Shown in pieces: positions 27,997 to 36,968 of a stretch of DNA of 55,312 nucleotides. The stretch lies in IMG/VR virus record IMGVR_UViG_3300020182_002848, positions 1 through 55,312 of that record, one strand, 5' to 3'. The first letter of the stretch is position 1. Each line of letters begins with the position of its first letter. This DNA comes from a virus. Its lineage: Duplodnaviria; Caudoviricetes. A program made the position numbers and the translations under genes. The notes below the pieces were generated by a model. It worked only from the letters and a program-made list of their open reading frames with translations. It was not told the DNA's origin and searched no databases.

Positions 27997-29748
27997 ATGT
28001 ATAAAAAGTGTTATCAAGGTAAAAAATTAGGAGATAATTATTTTGAAATGCATCTATGGGAAGAAGATGGTGGTCATCAAATAGTACCCTATAGAAATGT
28101 AGTATACCAGGAGTGTACTGAAGAAGAACATACACATAAGGGGTTAAATGGTGAATTCCTAAAACCTATATCTAAGTGGTTTTATTCTAAAAACCCTGAT
28201 TATAGTGCTAAAAATACTCCTAATTTACATTTTCATGATATGAAACCCCACCAAAAGTTTTTAGTTGAGCGTTATGGTGTAAATGATGTTCCTTCTAAGG
28301 GACATAGAGAAGTTTTTTTTGATATTGAGTGTGAAATAGGAGGAGCATTAACTGAAGAATATATTGAAGATGCTCCTATGCCCATTACTTCTATTGCTTG
28401 GTGGGACAAACAAAAAGACTATTGGTCTATTCTTATTTTAGATAAAAAAAGTCAATTAGCACACACTAAAACAGGCAAAAATAAAAATAAAGAAATTATC
28501 CCTTGTACTACAGAAAATGAATTATTAGCTAAGTTTGTTGAAGCAATAAGAGAAATGGATCCTGATATTTTAGTAGGATACAATTCAGATTATTTTGATA
28601 TACCTTATTTATATTACAGAATGTGTAGAACCATAGGTAAAGATTGGGCTGATCATTTATCTCCTATTGGTAAAGTAGTTTCTAAGAAAAACAACAAATA
28701 CTTCTTTAAACAAAACCAATATGTAGATATTGTAGGTATTGAATCTTTAGATTACATTCGTTTACATAAAAAATATAGTTGGAAAGATGAACCTAGTTGG
28801 AAATTAGATGCAATTGGAGCCAAATATGTAGGTATGAATAAAGTTGAATATGAAGGAAACCTAGATCAATTATTTGAAACAGATATCCATAAATTCATTC
28901 AGTATAACTTTGTTGATGTTGAAATCTTACAAAAATTAGATGAAAAATTACAATATTTAGCTTTAACTAAAAATTTATCTCATAAGGGAAAACATAATTA
29001 TAGTGAAGTATATGCTAATAGTATATCCCAAGATGGTGCTATTTCAGCCTATTTACTCTCCCAAGACATAGTACCACCCCCAAAAGAACCATTCCCCCAA
29101 AAGAAAGATAGTTATGCAGGAGGGTATCTTTTTTGCCCTAAAGCAGGGTTATATAAGTATATGTTTGATGAAGATTTAACTTCGCTATATCCATCTATAA
29201 TAATGTCTATAAACATAGGTAAGGAAACATTTGTGGGGCGTATTGTAGATGCTGATGACCGTAATAATAGACTGGGTCTTAACGATTTAAAAGAACGTGA
29301 TCCTGAAGAAGAATTACTAGTTGAAAATAAAAAACGACAACAAACTAGTGTAAATGTTGGTAGATTAATAGCTATGATTGAACAAAATAACTTGGCAGTA
29401 GCAGCTAATGGTTCAATGTTTAGAACAGATAAAGAATCAGTTTTATCTACTATTCTAAAGAAATGGTTTGAAGAACGAGTTGTTTATAAAAACCGCATGA
29501 AAAAGGCTTATAAGGCAGGAGATAAGGAATTAGGTGAATATAACTATTTAATGCAATACACAATGAAAATTCTACTTAACAGTTTATATGGGGCTACAGC
29601 ATTACCTTCATTTAGATATGGTATGAACTTTCAAACCTTAAGTGAAGCAATCACCTTAAGTGGACACAGAATAATACAAGAATCGGCTTTATGTGCAAAC
29701 CGCCATATGAATAAAGTTATGCGTGAAGAAATAAAATTAGAAATATGA
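27997..29748 (+). CDS. Family-B DNA polymerase, N-terminal part (exonuclease + motifs A and B)
   Basis: 'FFDIEC', 'GYNSDYFDIPY', 'YNFVDV', 'DLTSLYPSI', 'KILLNSLYG', 'ITLSG'; ends before motif C. Confidence 0.9.
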   Translation: MYKKCYQGKKLGDNYFEMHLWEEDGGHQIVPYRNVVYQECTEEEHTHKGLNGEFLKPISKWFYSKNPDYSAKNTPNLHFHDMKPHQKFLVERYGVNDVPSKGHREVFFDIECEIGGALTEEYIEDAPMPITSIAWWDKQKDYWSILILDKKSQLAHTKTGKNKNKEIIPCTTENELLAKFVEAIREMDPDILVGYNSDYFDIPYLYYRMCRTIGKDWADHLSPIGKVVSKKNNKYFFKQNQYVDIVGIESLDYIRLHKKYSWKDEPSWKLDAIGAKYVGMNKVEYEGNLDQLFETDIHKFIQYNFVDVEILQKLDEKLQYLALTKNLSHKGKHNYSEVYANSISQDGAISAYLLSQDIVPPPKEPFPQKKDSYAGGYLFCPKAGLYKYMFDEDLTSLYPSIIMSINIGKETFVGRIVDADDRNNRLGLNDLKERDPEEELLVENKKRQQTSVNVGRLIAMIEQNNLAVAANGSMFRTDKESVLSTILKKWFEERVVYKNRMKKAYKAGDKELGEYNYLMQYTMKILLNSLYGATALPSFRYGMNFQTLSEAITLSGHRIIQESALCANRHMNKVMREEIKLEI

Positions 29749-30008
29749 CATTAAAAAAACAATCTATTAGGAAAAACCAAGTAATCACGGTAAATGGAGA
29801 ACCCATTTCTAAAGATGAGCTTATAACTAGAAGTAAAGAATGGAGTGAAATCCAAGAAAACTTTTTTAGAAAAATGCTTAAACAAGGAGGAACTTTTAAA
29901 GTAGCAGGAATAAAATATAAAGTAGAACTAATCGAAAGAAGTGATTTAGATTCTAATGGAAACAAACCAATAACAGTACCACCCTTACCAGGTGAAAGAA
30001 CATTTTAA
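29745..30008 (+). CDS. Hypothetical protein inserted between the polB halves
   Basis: ATGA-coupled to polB-N. Confidence 0.6.
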   Translation: MTLKKQSIRKNQVITVNGEPISKDELITRSKEWSEIQENFFRKMLKQGGTFKVAGIKYKVELIERSDLDSNGNKPITVPPLPGERTF

Positions 30009-30019
30009 AAAATAAATAT

Positions 30020-30403
30020 ATGTTAGTAGAAGTATCAAATGGAGAATTATTAGACAAAATTTCAATTTTAGAGTTAAAATTACTTAAAATTGAGGATGAA
30101 GAAAAGTTAGTAAACATTCAAAAAGAATTTGACACACTAAACCCTTTAGTTGTAGAATTATTTGAAAAGTATGATGGTCAATTACAAAATCATTATCTTG
30201 AATTAGCAAAAATTAATGGTGAACTTTGGAATATAGAAGATTGGATTAGAGATTGTGAACGTGAAAAGAGATTTGATAAGGAGTTTGTAGAGTTGGCTCG
30301 TTCTGTTTATATTACCAATGATAAAAGATGTGAAGTTAAAAAAATTATTAATTTAATGACATCATCAGGTTTAGTAGAGGAAAAATCGTATAAAGAATAT
30401 TAA
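30020..30403 (+). CDS. DUF6165-like helical protein
   Basis: 'VSNGELLDKISILELK...LW.IED.IR..E....FD.EFVELARSVY.TND.R...K..IN....S.LVEEKSY'. Confidence 0.7.
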   Translation: MLVEVSNGELLDKISILELKLLKIEDEEKLVNIQKEFDTLNPLVVELFEKYDGQLQNHYLELAKINGELWNIEDWIRDCEREKRFDKEFVELARSVYITNDKRCEVKKIINLMTSSGLVEEKSYKEY

Positions 30404-31338
30404 TGAAACATTTAGAAGAAACACCTTGGTGGATTTGTGATGAAGGGGATGAGAATTATTGTGCTTATGTAGATACAGACTCTAATTACTTTAATGCTGA
30501 ACCCTTACTTCTTAAATTACATCCTAATTTCGAAGAACTATCAGCAGAAGAAAAAGATGATATTTTAGAAAAAGTAGCAATGAAGTATCAGGACGTAATT
30601 AATGAGGATTATGATAGATTAGCTAAAGAATGTTTCAATGTAACAGAACATAGACTTGAAATGAAAACTGAGTGTGTTATTCGTTCAGCTTATTTTAGAG
30701 CAACTCGTCGTTATGCTCAATGGATCACTAAACAAGAAGGAATTGCTAAAGAATCTTTGGATATTAAGGGTTTAGAATTTATGAAAGCAAATTTTCCACC
30801 TATTTTAGGATCATTTTTTAATGATATTTTACAACAAGTATTAAAGGGTGAAGAAAAAGCTAGTATTTTAGATCAAATTAAAGTATTTAAAAAACAAATA
30901 CTAGATGGTACAATACCACTTACTAAATTAGGTAACCCTTCAGCAATTAAAAAACTAGAAAAGTATTCAGGTAAAAATACTAGAGCAGGAGAAATGTTTA
31001 CAGAAATACTTAAAGGAGCCCCTGCACCTGTACGTGCTACAATTCGTTATAATGATCTGTTAAGATTATGGCAATTAGATAAAAAACATAATTTAATTAC
31101 CCAAGCAGATAAAGTAAAATGGATTTATTGTAAAGATAATCCTTATAAAATAGAAGCATTAGCGTTTCAGGACTTTGATGTACCAGAAAAAATTAATGAC
31201 TTTTTAAATGCTTATGCTGACAGACAAAAAGTATTCGATTCAATATTATTAAATAAATTAGAAGGATTTTTCTCGGATCTCCAATGGTCATTAGATTTAA
31301 ACCCTTACACAAATGCATTAGCATCCTTTGAGATATAA
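30403..31338 (+). CDS. Family-B DNA polymerase, C-terminal part (motif C + thumb)
   Basis: 'YVDTDSNY', 'LEMKTE', 'RRYA', 'IKGLE', 'DKVKWIY'. Confidence 0.9.
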   Translation: MKHLEETPWWICDEGDENYCAYVDTDSNYFNAEPLLLKLHPNFEELSAEEKDDILEKVAMKYQDVINEDYDRLAKECFNVTEHRLEMKTECVIRSAYFRATRRYAQWITKQEGIAKESLDIKGLEFMKANFPPILGSFFNDILQQVLKGEEKASILDQIKVFKKQILDGTIPLTKLGNPSAIKKLEKYSGKNTRAGEMFTEILKGAPAPVRATIRYNDLLRLWQLDKKHNLITQADKVKWIYCKDNPYKIEALAFQDFDVPEKINDFLNAYADRQKVFDSILLNKLEGFFSDLQWSLDLNPYTNALASFEI

Positions 31339-31361
31339 AATAAATTTCATATATTACAACT

Positions 31362-32084
31362 ATGGTAAATAAAGCAACACTAACATCAGTTATTTCAAAA
31401 TATTATTTAAACGGATTAAATAATCAAGTAAAATGGCGTATTAAAGATAATCAACTAACGGTTTATGCTGGAGATAATGGTAGAGTATGTAAAGTAGTAC
31501 ATAATAACTTTAACCTTGAAGATGCAGAATTAGGTGTATTTGATACTCATAAACTTAGTAAATTACTTTCTATTACTAACGGTGAATTAAGTATTTCACT
31601 TGAAAAAATTAAAGCAGTTTATACTAAAATGAATATAGCTGATTTAAATTTTGATTTAACATATTCATTAGCTGATATTCTAATTTTAGGTAAAAATACT
31701 TATTATGAGGATCCTGAAGAATTTGAAATACAGATTGATTTAACTAGTGAAGATATTACACATTTAATTAAAGCAAAAAGTGCTTTAGCTGATGTGAACA
31801 ATATGTTAATTACTACAACAACAGATTTTGATGGTGAGAATATATGTGAAATTATATTTGGTGATAATACTGGCTTTTCAAATAAAATTACTTATCAACT
31901 TAGAGGTAATATTACTAAAGGAGATATTCAAATCCCATTCGACTCAGATATATTTAAAGATATATTAAATGCTAATAAAGATATGGAAAGTGGTACACTA
32001 AAAATATCAGAAGTAGGAATGTTAAAAGCAAATTTTAAAACATCAGAAACAGAAAGTGAATATTTCATCGCTAGAAATGAATAA
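31362..32084 (+). CDS. DNA sliding clamp-like protein (gp45/PCNA fold)
   Basis: 240 aa, acidic, beta-rich; 'GVFD..KL', C-terminal 'G.LK..F.....SEYFI'; follows polB and a clamp loader lies nearby. Confidence 0.7.
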   Translation: MVNKATLTSVISKYYLNGLNNQVKWRIKDNQLTVYAGDNGRVCKVVHNNFNLEDAELGVFDTHKLSKLLSITNGELSISLEKIKAVYTKMNIADLNFDLTYSLADILILGKNTYYEDPEEFEIQIDLTSEDITHLIKAKSALADVNNMLITTTTDFDGENICEIIFGDNTGFSNKITYQLRGNITKGDIQIPFDSDIFKDILNANKDMESGTLKISEVGMLKANFKTSETESEYFIARNE

Positions 32085-32101
32085 TCACATATGTATAATG
32101 G

Positions 32102-32166
32102 AACATAAAATTGCAGCTAGGGCGCGTTGTTATGTTTAAATTAAATTAACCGAGAGCTTCGGCCTC
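32102..32166 (+). promoter_or_regulatory. Structured 5' leader of hsp20
   Basis: Follows ATATGTATA (32089). Hairpin AACATAA...TTATGTT and a second hairpin GAGAGC-TTCG-GCCTC with a cUUCGg loop. Confidence 0.55.
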
Positions 32167-32181
32167 ACAAAACCAAATGAT

Positions 32182-32601
32182 ATGAGTACATTATTCAACG
32201 AACAATCAAAGTTCGACTTACTATTCCGTAACCTATTTAAGGCAGACGGAGTTTTTCAACCAACAACGTTTGAAAACAAACAACCCCACCCACTAGATAT
32301 TTTTTATGACGATGAAGGACTTCATTTTGAAGTTGCTTGTACTGGTCTAACTAAAAAAGATATTCAACTAGAAATTGATGGAGATCTTTTAAAGATTATC
32401 TATGATAAACCTAATGAAGAAGAATTTGATTATAGTGGCTACATCTATAAAGGATTAGCTAAACGATCTTTTAACTTAGGTTATAAAGTAGCAGCTAAAT
32501 TCGAACTAGAGAAATTAGAAGCAGAAATGAAAGATGGTTTGCTTCACCTATTTATTCCAATTGCGGAATCTAAAAAAGCAAAAACAATTAAAATAAAATA
32601 A
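32182..32601 (+). CDS. Small heat-shock protein (Hsp20)
   Basis: 'PLDI...EVACTG..K.DI', 'YIYKGLAKRSF', 'AEMKDGLL...IP'. Confidence 0.92.
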   Translation: MSTLFNEQSKFDLLFRNLFKADGVFQPTTFENKQPHPLDIFYDDEGLHFEVACTGLTKKDIQLEIDGDLLKIIYDKPNEEEFDYSGYIYKGLAKRSFNLGYKVAAKFELEKLEAEMKDGLLHLFIPIAESKKAKTIKIK

Positions 32602-32620
32602 AAGTTTTACCAAAAACGCG

Positions 32621-32648
32621 TGTCCTAGCGCAATATTATTCGTATATT
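32621..32648 (+). promoter_or_regulatory. Promoter variant TGT-N17-CGTATATT
   Basis: Intergenic, upstream of the groES/groEL operon. Confidence 0.6.
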
Positions 32649-32670
32649 CACGTCTAAATAAATAAGTTAT

Positions 32671-32988
32671 ATGACAACAAAAAGAAAGTCTATTCAGACT
32701 ATTACCGACCCTTTGCTTGAACCCTTCTTTATTACTAAAGATGAATACAGCTATACTGTAAAACAAAATGTGACATCTGATGCTTCCCATTTCAGGGCTA
32801 AAGGTAAGGCAAAAACCTATGAAAAATCATTATATTACTATGCTAATTTTGAACAAGCTTTACAAAAAATAGCTAATTTAAAGGCAGATGTAGAAAATTT
32901 TGATAATTTAGAAGAATATATTAACAATTATAAATCAATTAGTAATCAAATTAAAAATTATACAGATGGAATTAGAAGCGTTATTTAA
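32671..32988 (+). CDS. Hypothetical protein
   Basis: ORF after the promoter, overlapping the groES start. Confidence 0.65.
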   Translation: MTTKRKSIQTITDPLLEPFFITKDEYSYTVKQNVTSDASHFRAKGKAKTYEKSLYYYANFEQALQKIANLKADVENFDNLEEYINNYKSISNQIKNYTDGIRSVI

Positions 32989-33331
32989 TGCAGTCATTGT
33001 AAAACCAATTGAAGCCGAAGAAAGTACTTATGGTTCAATTATTGTACCTGATTTGGGAAGTGAAAAAAACCAAACAGGTAAAGTTGTATCCGTTGGCCCG
33101 GGTCAAAAAACATTAATGGGGGAATTTGTTCCTACTATTAGTAAAGTAGGAGATATTGTTGTCTTACCTACCCAAGGATTTACAAAATTACCTTATAATG
33201 GGGATGAGTATTATGTAGGTCCTGAAAACCAAATTTTAGCTAAAGTAAATACTCCTATAGAAGAAGTATTAGCACAAACACAAGTCACAAAAGAAGAAAT
33301 TAACCACTTAACAGATTTATCAAATGAGTAA
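32966..33331 (+). CDS. groES: Co-chaperonin GroES
   Basis: 'GSIIVPD', 'GKVVSVGPG', 'KVGDIV', 'ILAK'. Confidence 0.9.
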   Translation: MELEALFNAVIVKPIEAEESTYGSIIVPDLGSEKNQTGKVVSVGPGQKTLMGEFVPTISKVGDIVVLPTQGFTKLPYNGDEYYVGPENQILAKVNTPIEEVLAQTQVTKEEINHLTDLSNE

Positions 33332-34940
33332 ACAAGTTACATTAGGAAAAACAGCTAGAGAAAATTTAGTAAAAGGTATAGATATATTAGCTGATGCTGT
33401 AGTATCAACTTTAGGACCAAATGGAAGAAATGTAGTTATTGCAAATAATGGCTCACCACAATCAACAAAAGATGGTGTTACAGTTGCAAAATCAATTACA
33501 TTATCAGAACCAGAACAAGAATTAGGAGTACAATTAGTAAAGCAAGCAGCAATTCAAACCGCAGAAAAAGCAGGAGATGGTACTACAACTTCTACTTTAC
33601 TAGCACGTGAAATGGTAAAAGCAGGATTAAATGCTTTAAATAATAGTGAAAATGCGGTACAAATTAAAAGAGATATTGACGCTACAGTAAAATTAGTAAT
33701 TTCTAATTTAAAAAATAAAATATCTGAAGAAATCTCAGGTGAAGAACAATTAGAACAAATCGCATCCATTTCTGCAAATAATGACCCAGAAACTGGAAAA
33801 TTAATAGCAACTGCTATTGATAAAGTAGGAATGGAAGGAGTAGTTCATATTGAAGAATCTCGTACTGGTGAAACTTATCTTGAAACTGTTGAAGGATTGC
33901 AATTTGATAGAGGTTTTAAATCTCCATATTTTGTTACAGATAACAACAGTATGACATCAACCTTAGATAACCCACTTATTCTAATTGCTGATCAAAAATT
34001 AACACAGGTAAAGGAATTATTGCCCATTTTAGAAGCAGTAGGAGCTCAGGCAAGATCTTTATTAATTATTGCTGAAGATATAGATAATGAAGCTTTAGCT
34101 ACTTTGATAGTTAATAAAATGAGAGGAACATTAAGTGTATGTGCGGTTAAAGCCCCGGATTTTGGAGATAGACGTAAATTAGCTTTAGAAGATATAGCAG
34201 TTACAACAGGTGGAATTGTTTTTGATAAACAAAAAGGAATGAAGCTTGATAAATTTTCATGGGAATGGTTTGGTGAAGCTCGTACTGTAACTGTAGAAAA
34301 AGAACAAACAACAATTGTAGATGGAAAAGGAGGAATTGAACAAATTGAAGCACGTATTGAAGAATTACAACAACAAATCGATAAAGCAACAACACCGTTC
34401 GAAATCGAAAAACTTCAAGAAAGGTTGGCGAAATTCACAGGAGGAGTAGCTATCATTCATGTAGGTGGAAACACTGAAACTGAAATGAGGGAAAAGAAAG
34501 ATAGAGTTGATGATGCTTTACATGCAACAAAAGCAGCTATTGAGGAAGGAATAGTACCTGGAGGTGGAACTGCATTACTATATGCTTCCTCTGGTTTAGA
34601 AGCTAAAACAACAGGCGCACAAATTGTAATATCAGCATGTGCTAAACCATTTAACCAAATTCTTGTTAATGCTGGATTTGATGAAGTTAAAGGGCAAATT
34701 TTAGCTGATAATTTAGTTAATTCCGGAGATGATTTTTGGGCTGGGTATGATATTAAAACAGAACAAACTGTTAATATGAAAACAGCAGGTATTATCGACC
34801 CAACTAAAGTAGCTAGAACAGCACTACAAAACGCAGCATCAGTAGCAGGTACTGTTTTATTAACAGAATGTACTGTAGTTGATGAACCTAGTGATGATAA
34901 TAAACAACAACAAATGGACCCAATGATGGGTATGATGTAA
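33324..34940 (+). CDS. groEL: Chaperonin GroEL
   Basis: 'TLGPNGRNV', 'TKDGVTVAK', 'AGDGTTT', 'EGIVPGGG', 'GIIDPTKV', Met/Gly tail. Confidence 0.97.
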   Translation: MSKQVTLGKTARENLVKGIDILADAVVSTLGPNGRNVVIANNGSPQSTKDGVTVAKSITLSEPEQELGVQLVKQAAIQTAEKAGDGTTTSTLLAREMVKAGLNALNNSENAVQIKRDIDATVKLVISNLKNKISEEISGEEQLEQIASISANNDPETGKLIATAIDKVGMEGVVHIEESRTGETYLETVEGLQFDRGFKSPYFVTDNNSMTSTLDNPLILIADQKLTQVKELLPILEAVGAQARSLLIIAEDIDNEALATLIVNKMRGTLSVCAVKAPDFGDRRKLALEDIAVTTGGIVFDKQKGMKLDKFSWEWFGEARTVTVEKEQTTIVDGKGGIEQIEARIEELQQQIDKATTPFEIEKLQERLAKFTGGVAIIHVGGNTETEMREKKDRVDDALHATKAAIEEGIVPGGGTALLYASSGLEAKTTGAQIVISACAKPFNQILVNAGFDEVKGQILADNLVNSGDDFWAGYDIKTEQTVNMKTAGIIDPTKVARTALQNAASVAGTVLLTECTVVDEPSDDNKQQQMDPMMGMM

Positions 34941-34965
34941 ATTAATAATTAATAAATAATAAAAA

Positions 34966-35133
34966 ATGACAAAACAAGAAATTTTTGAGGTAATTGAAGA
35001 AAACTTTAATACCTTAGCAGAAAACAACGATGGGACAACTAAAGCAAGTCAAGCACGAGCTAGAAAAGCAGCACAAGCTATTAAACGAGTAATTACAGAT
35101 TACAAAAAAGCATCTGTGGCTGAGTCAAAATAG
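34966..35133 (+). CDS. Hc1/'histone H1-like' small DNA-binding protein (55 aa, not in ORF track)
   Basis: MTKQEIFEVIEENFNTLAENNDGTTKASQARARKAAQAIKRVITDYKKASVAESK; 'KA..ARARK......K....Y.K.S' pattern. Confidence 0.65.
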   Translation: MTKQEIFEVIEENFNTLAENNDGTTKASQARARKAAQAIKRVITDYKKASVAESK

Positions 35134-35144
35134 TTTCGTATATT
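35117..35144 (+). promoter_or_regulatory. TGG-N17-CGTATATT motif
   Basis: Exact consensus, abutting the ATG at 35145. Confidence 0.6.
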
Positions 35145-35414
35145 ATGGCTACAAAGATTGAAGAAAAAAATATCCTAATCGCTCGGAGAGTACCTCCGGG
35201 CGATAAATGGAGATTAGTTGCAAATGAACCTGATGGTCCTACACACAAAACATTAACTGATACTTTAGAAGCCTACATGATTAAAACAGGATTTAAAGGT
35301 CATTACAGATTAGAACCATTAAAAAGTAGTTTATATGCAATTGATTCAACAGAAACAGAAGTAATACCTGAACCAGAAAAGAAATATTCAATATATGGTG
35401 AATACGGAGAATAG
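35145..35414 (+). CDS. Hypothetical protein
   Basis: ORF before the clamp loader. Confidence 0.6.
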   Translation: MATKIEEKNILIARRVPPGDKWRLVANEPDGPTHKTLTDTLEAYMIKTGFKGHYRLEPLKSSLYAIDSTETEVIPEPEKKYSIYGEYGE

Positions 35415-36306
35415 TTTATTAGTAGAAAAATATAGACCATCTAAGTTAGAAACTTATGTTGGGAATGAAAATATTAAAAAATCAATTTCTAAATATTTAG
35501 AACAAAATGATATTCAAAACTTAATATTTTATGGACCAGCTGGTACAGGAAAAACTACTTTGGCAAAACTTTGTGTTCAAAATCTTGATTGCGATCATCT
35601 TTATATTAACGCCTCGGATGAAAGAGGTATTGAAACGATTCGTGATAAAGTGCAAGGATTTGCAAGCGTTGCTTCTTTTAAACCACTTAAAGTGGTCATT
35701 TTGGATGAAGCTGATTTTCTTACTATCCAAGCGCAAGCTTCACTCCGTAATATCATCGAAACTTTCTCTCGTACGACGCGTTTTATTATGACTTGTAATT
35801 TTGTAGAGCGTATCATTGATCCTTTACAATCTAGATGTCAAGTACTTAAAATTGTACCTCCAACTAAAAAAGATGTTGCTAAACATTTAAATTGGATACT
35901 ACAACAAGAGTCTATTGAACATGATATAAATGATTTAGTACCTTTAGTTAATCAATATTATCCCGATTTACGTAAATGTATTAATACTATACAGTTATCT
36001 ACACAAGATAATACATTAAAATTAGACCATTCAATATTAGTATCATCTAATTATATAGATAAAGTAATTAAAGCATTATCAAATAAATCTAAATTTAATG
36101 ATATTCGTCAAATTATAGCTGATGCTAATGTAAATGATTTCGATGAGTTATTTAAATTATTATATGAAAGAGCATCTGATTACTTACCAGGTAAAGAAGG
36201 AACAGCATCTATTTTAATAAATGAACACCAATATAAAGCAAACTTCCGTATTGACAAGGAAATAAATATAATGTCATTAATTCAACAAATATTAAATAAT
36301 AAATAA
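35395..36306 (+). CDS. Clamp loader large subunit (RFC/gp44-like AAA+)
   Basis: 'EKYRP', 'GPAGTGKTT', 'NASDERGI', 'ILDEAD', 'LQSRC'. Confidence 0.92.
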   Translation: MVNTENSLLVEKYRPSKLETYVGNENIKKSISKYLEQNDIQNLIFYGPAGTGKTTLAKLCVQNLDCDHLYINASDERGIETIRDKVQGFASVASFKPLKVVILDEADFLTIQAQASLRNIIETFSRTTRFIMTCNFVERIIDPLQSRCQVLKIVPPTKKDVAKHLNWILQQESIEHDINDLVPLVNQYYPDLRKCINTIQLSTQDNTLKLDHSILVSSNYIDKVIKALSNKSKFNDIRQIIADANVNDFDELFKLLYERASDYLPGKEGTASILINEHQYKANFRIDKEINIMSLIQQILNNK

Positions 36307-36308
36307 TT

Positions 36309-36554
36309 ATGCAACAACAAGCACCACCACAACCACAAATTGATTTAAAAAGCACTACTGCTATTACTAATTCAGAAGGAAAAAGTTTATTCCAATCAGG
36401 GGTTATTTTAAGAAAAATTTCTAAATTTGTAGCAGGGACAGATAATGATGCAATCATGCCTATTCCTGTATTTTTTGATCCTACTAATGGTAAGATTGTA
36501 AAAGATGGTTTACCTCTAGAACTTAGAGAAGAACTTAAAGATGAAATTTGTTAA
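36309..36554 (+). CDS. Hypothetical protein
   Basis: Packed between the clamp loader genes. Confidence 0.65.
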   Translation: MQQQAPPQPQIDLKSTTAITNSEGKSLFQSGVILRKISKFVAGTDNDAIMPIPVFFDPTNGKIVKDGLPLELREELKDEIC

Positions 36555-36968
36555 ATGAAAAATATCTTTGATTGGTTAAAAGCAATTAATAATACTAAAC
36601 CTCCTGTTGAATCTTTTACAAGTAAAGATTGGGAGGTTTGGAATAGTTATATGATTCATAGATTCATCTCAATGAACCCTGACTATATTGAAATTGTCAA
36701 TTATGTTCAAGATTTACCACCACAGGAAAAAAGAATGATTTATAATATATATAAAGAATTTATACCTAAAAATAATAAGTGGAATAAATATATTAAATCA
36801 AAAACTAAAGAACCAAACAAAGAATTAATTGAACATTTGAGAGATTACCTAAAGTGCTCCAGTAAAGAGGCAAAAGAAGCAATTACTTTGTTGGATAACA
36901 CAAAAATAAGTCGTATATTATCCAATAGAGGATTAGAAACTAAAGAAATTAAAAAAATATTAAAATGA
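36555..36968 (+). CDS. Clamp loader small subunit (gp62-like)
   Basis: 'IFDWLKAIN..K', 'YMIHRFISM', 'Y..S..EA.E...LL'. Confidence 0.75.
   Translation: MKNIFDWLKAINNTKPPVESFTSKDWEVWNSYMIHRFISMNPDYIEIVNYVQDLPPQEKRMIYNIYKEFIPKNNKWNKYIKSKTKEPNKELIEHLRDYLKCSSKEAKEAITLLDNTKISRILSNRGLETKEIKKILK
36892..36919 (+). promoter_or_regulatory. Intragenic TGG-N17-CGTATATT motif
   Basis: Exact consensus near the 3' end of the gp62-like gene. Confidence 0.55.

Noticed and set aside
29700-30450. Intein, group I intron or ribosomal bypass joining the polB halves
   Set aside because: No Cys/Ser...His-Asn intein ends, no recognisable intron core or homing endonuclease. The gap is fully occupied by two coupled ORFs.
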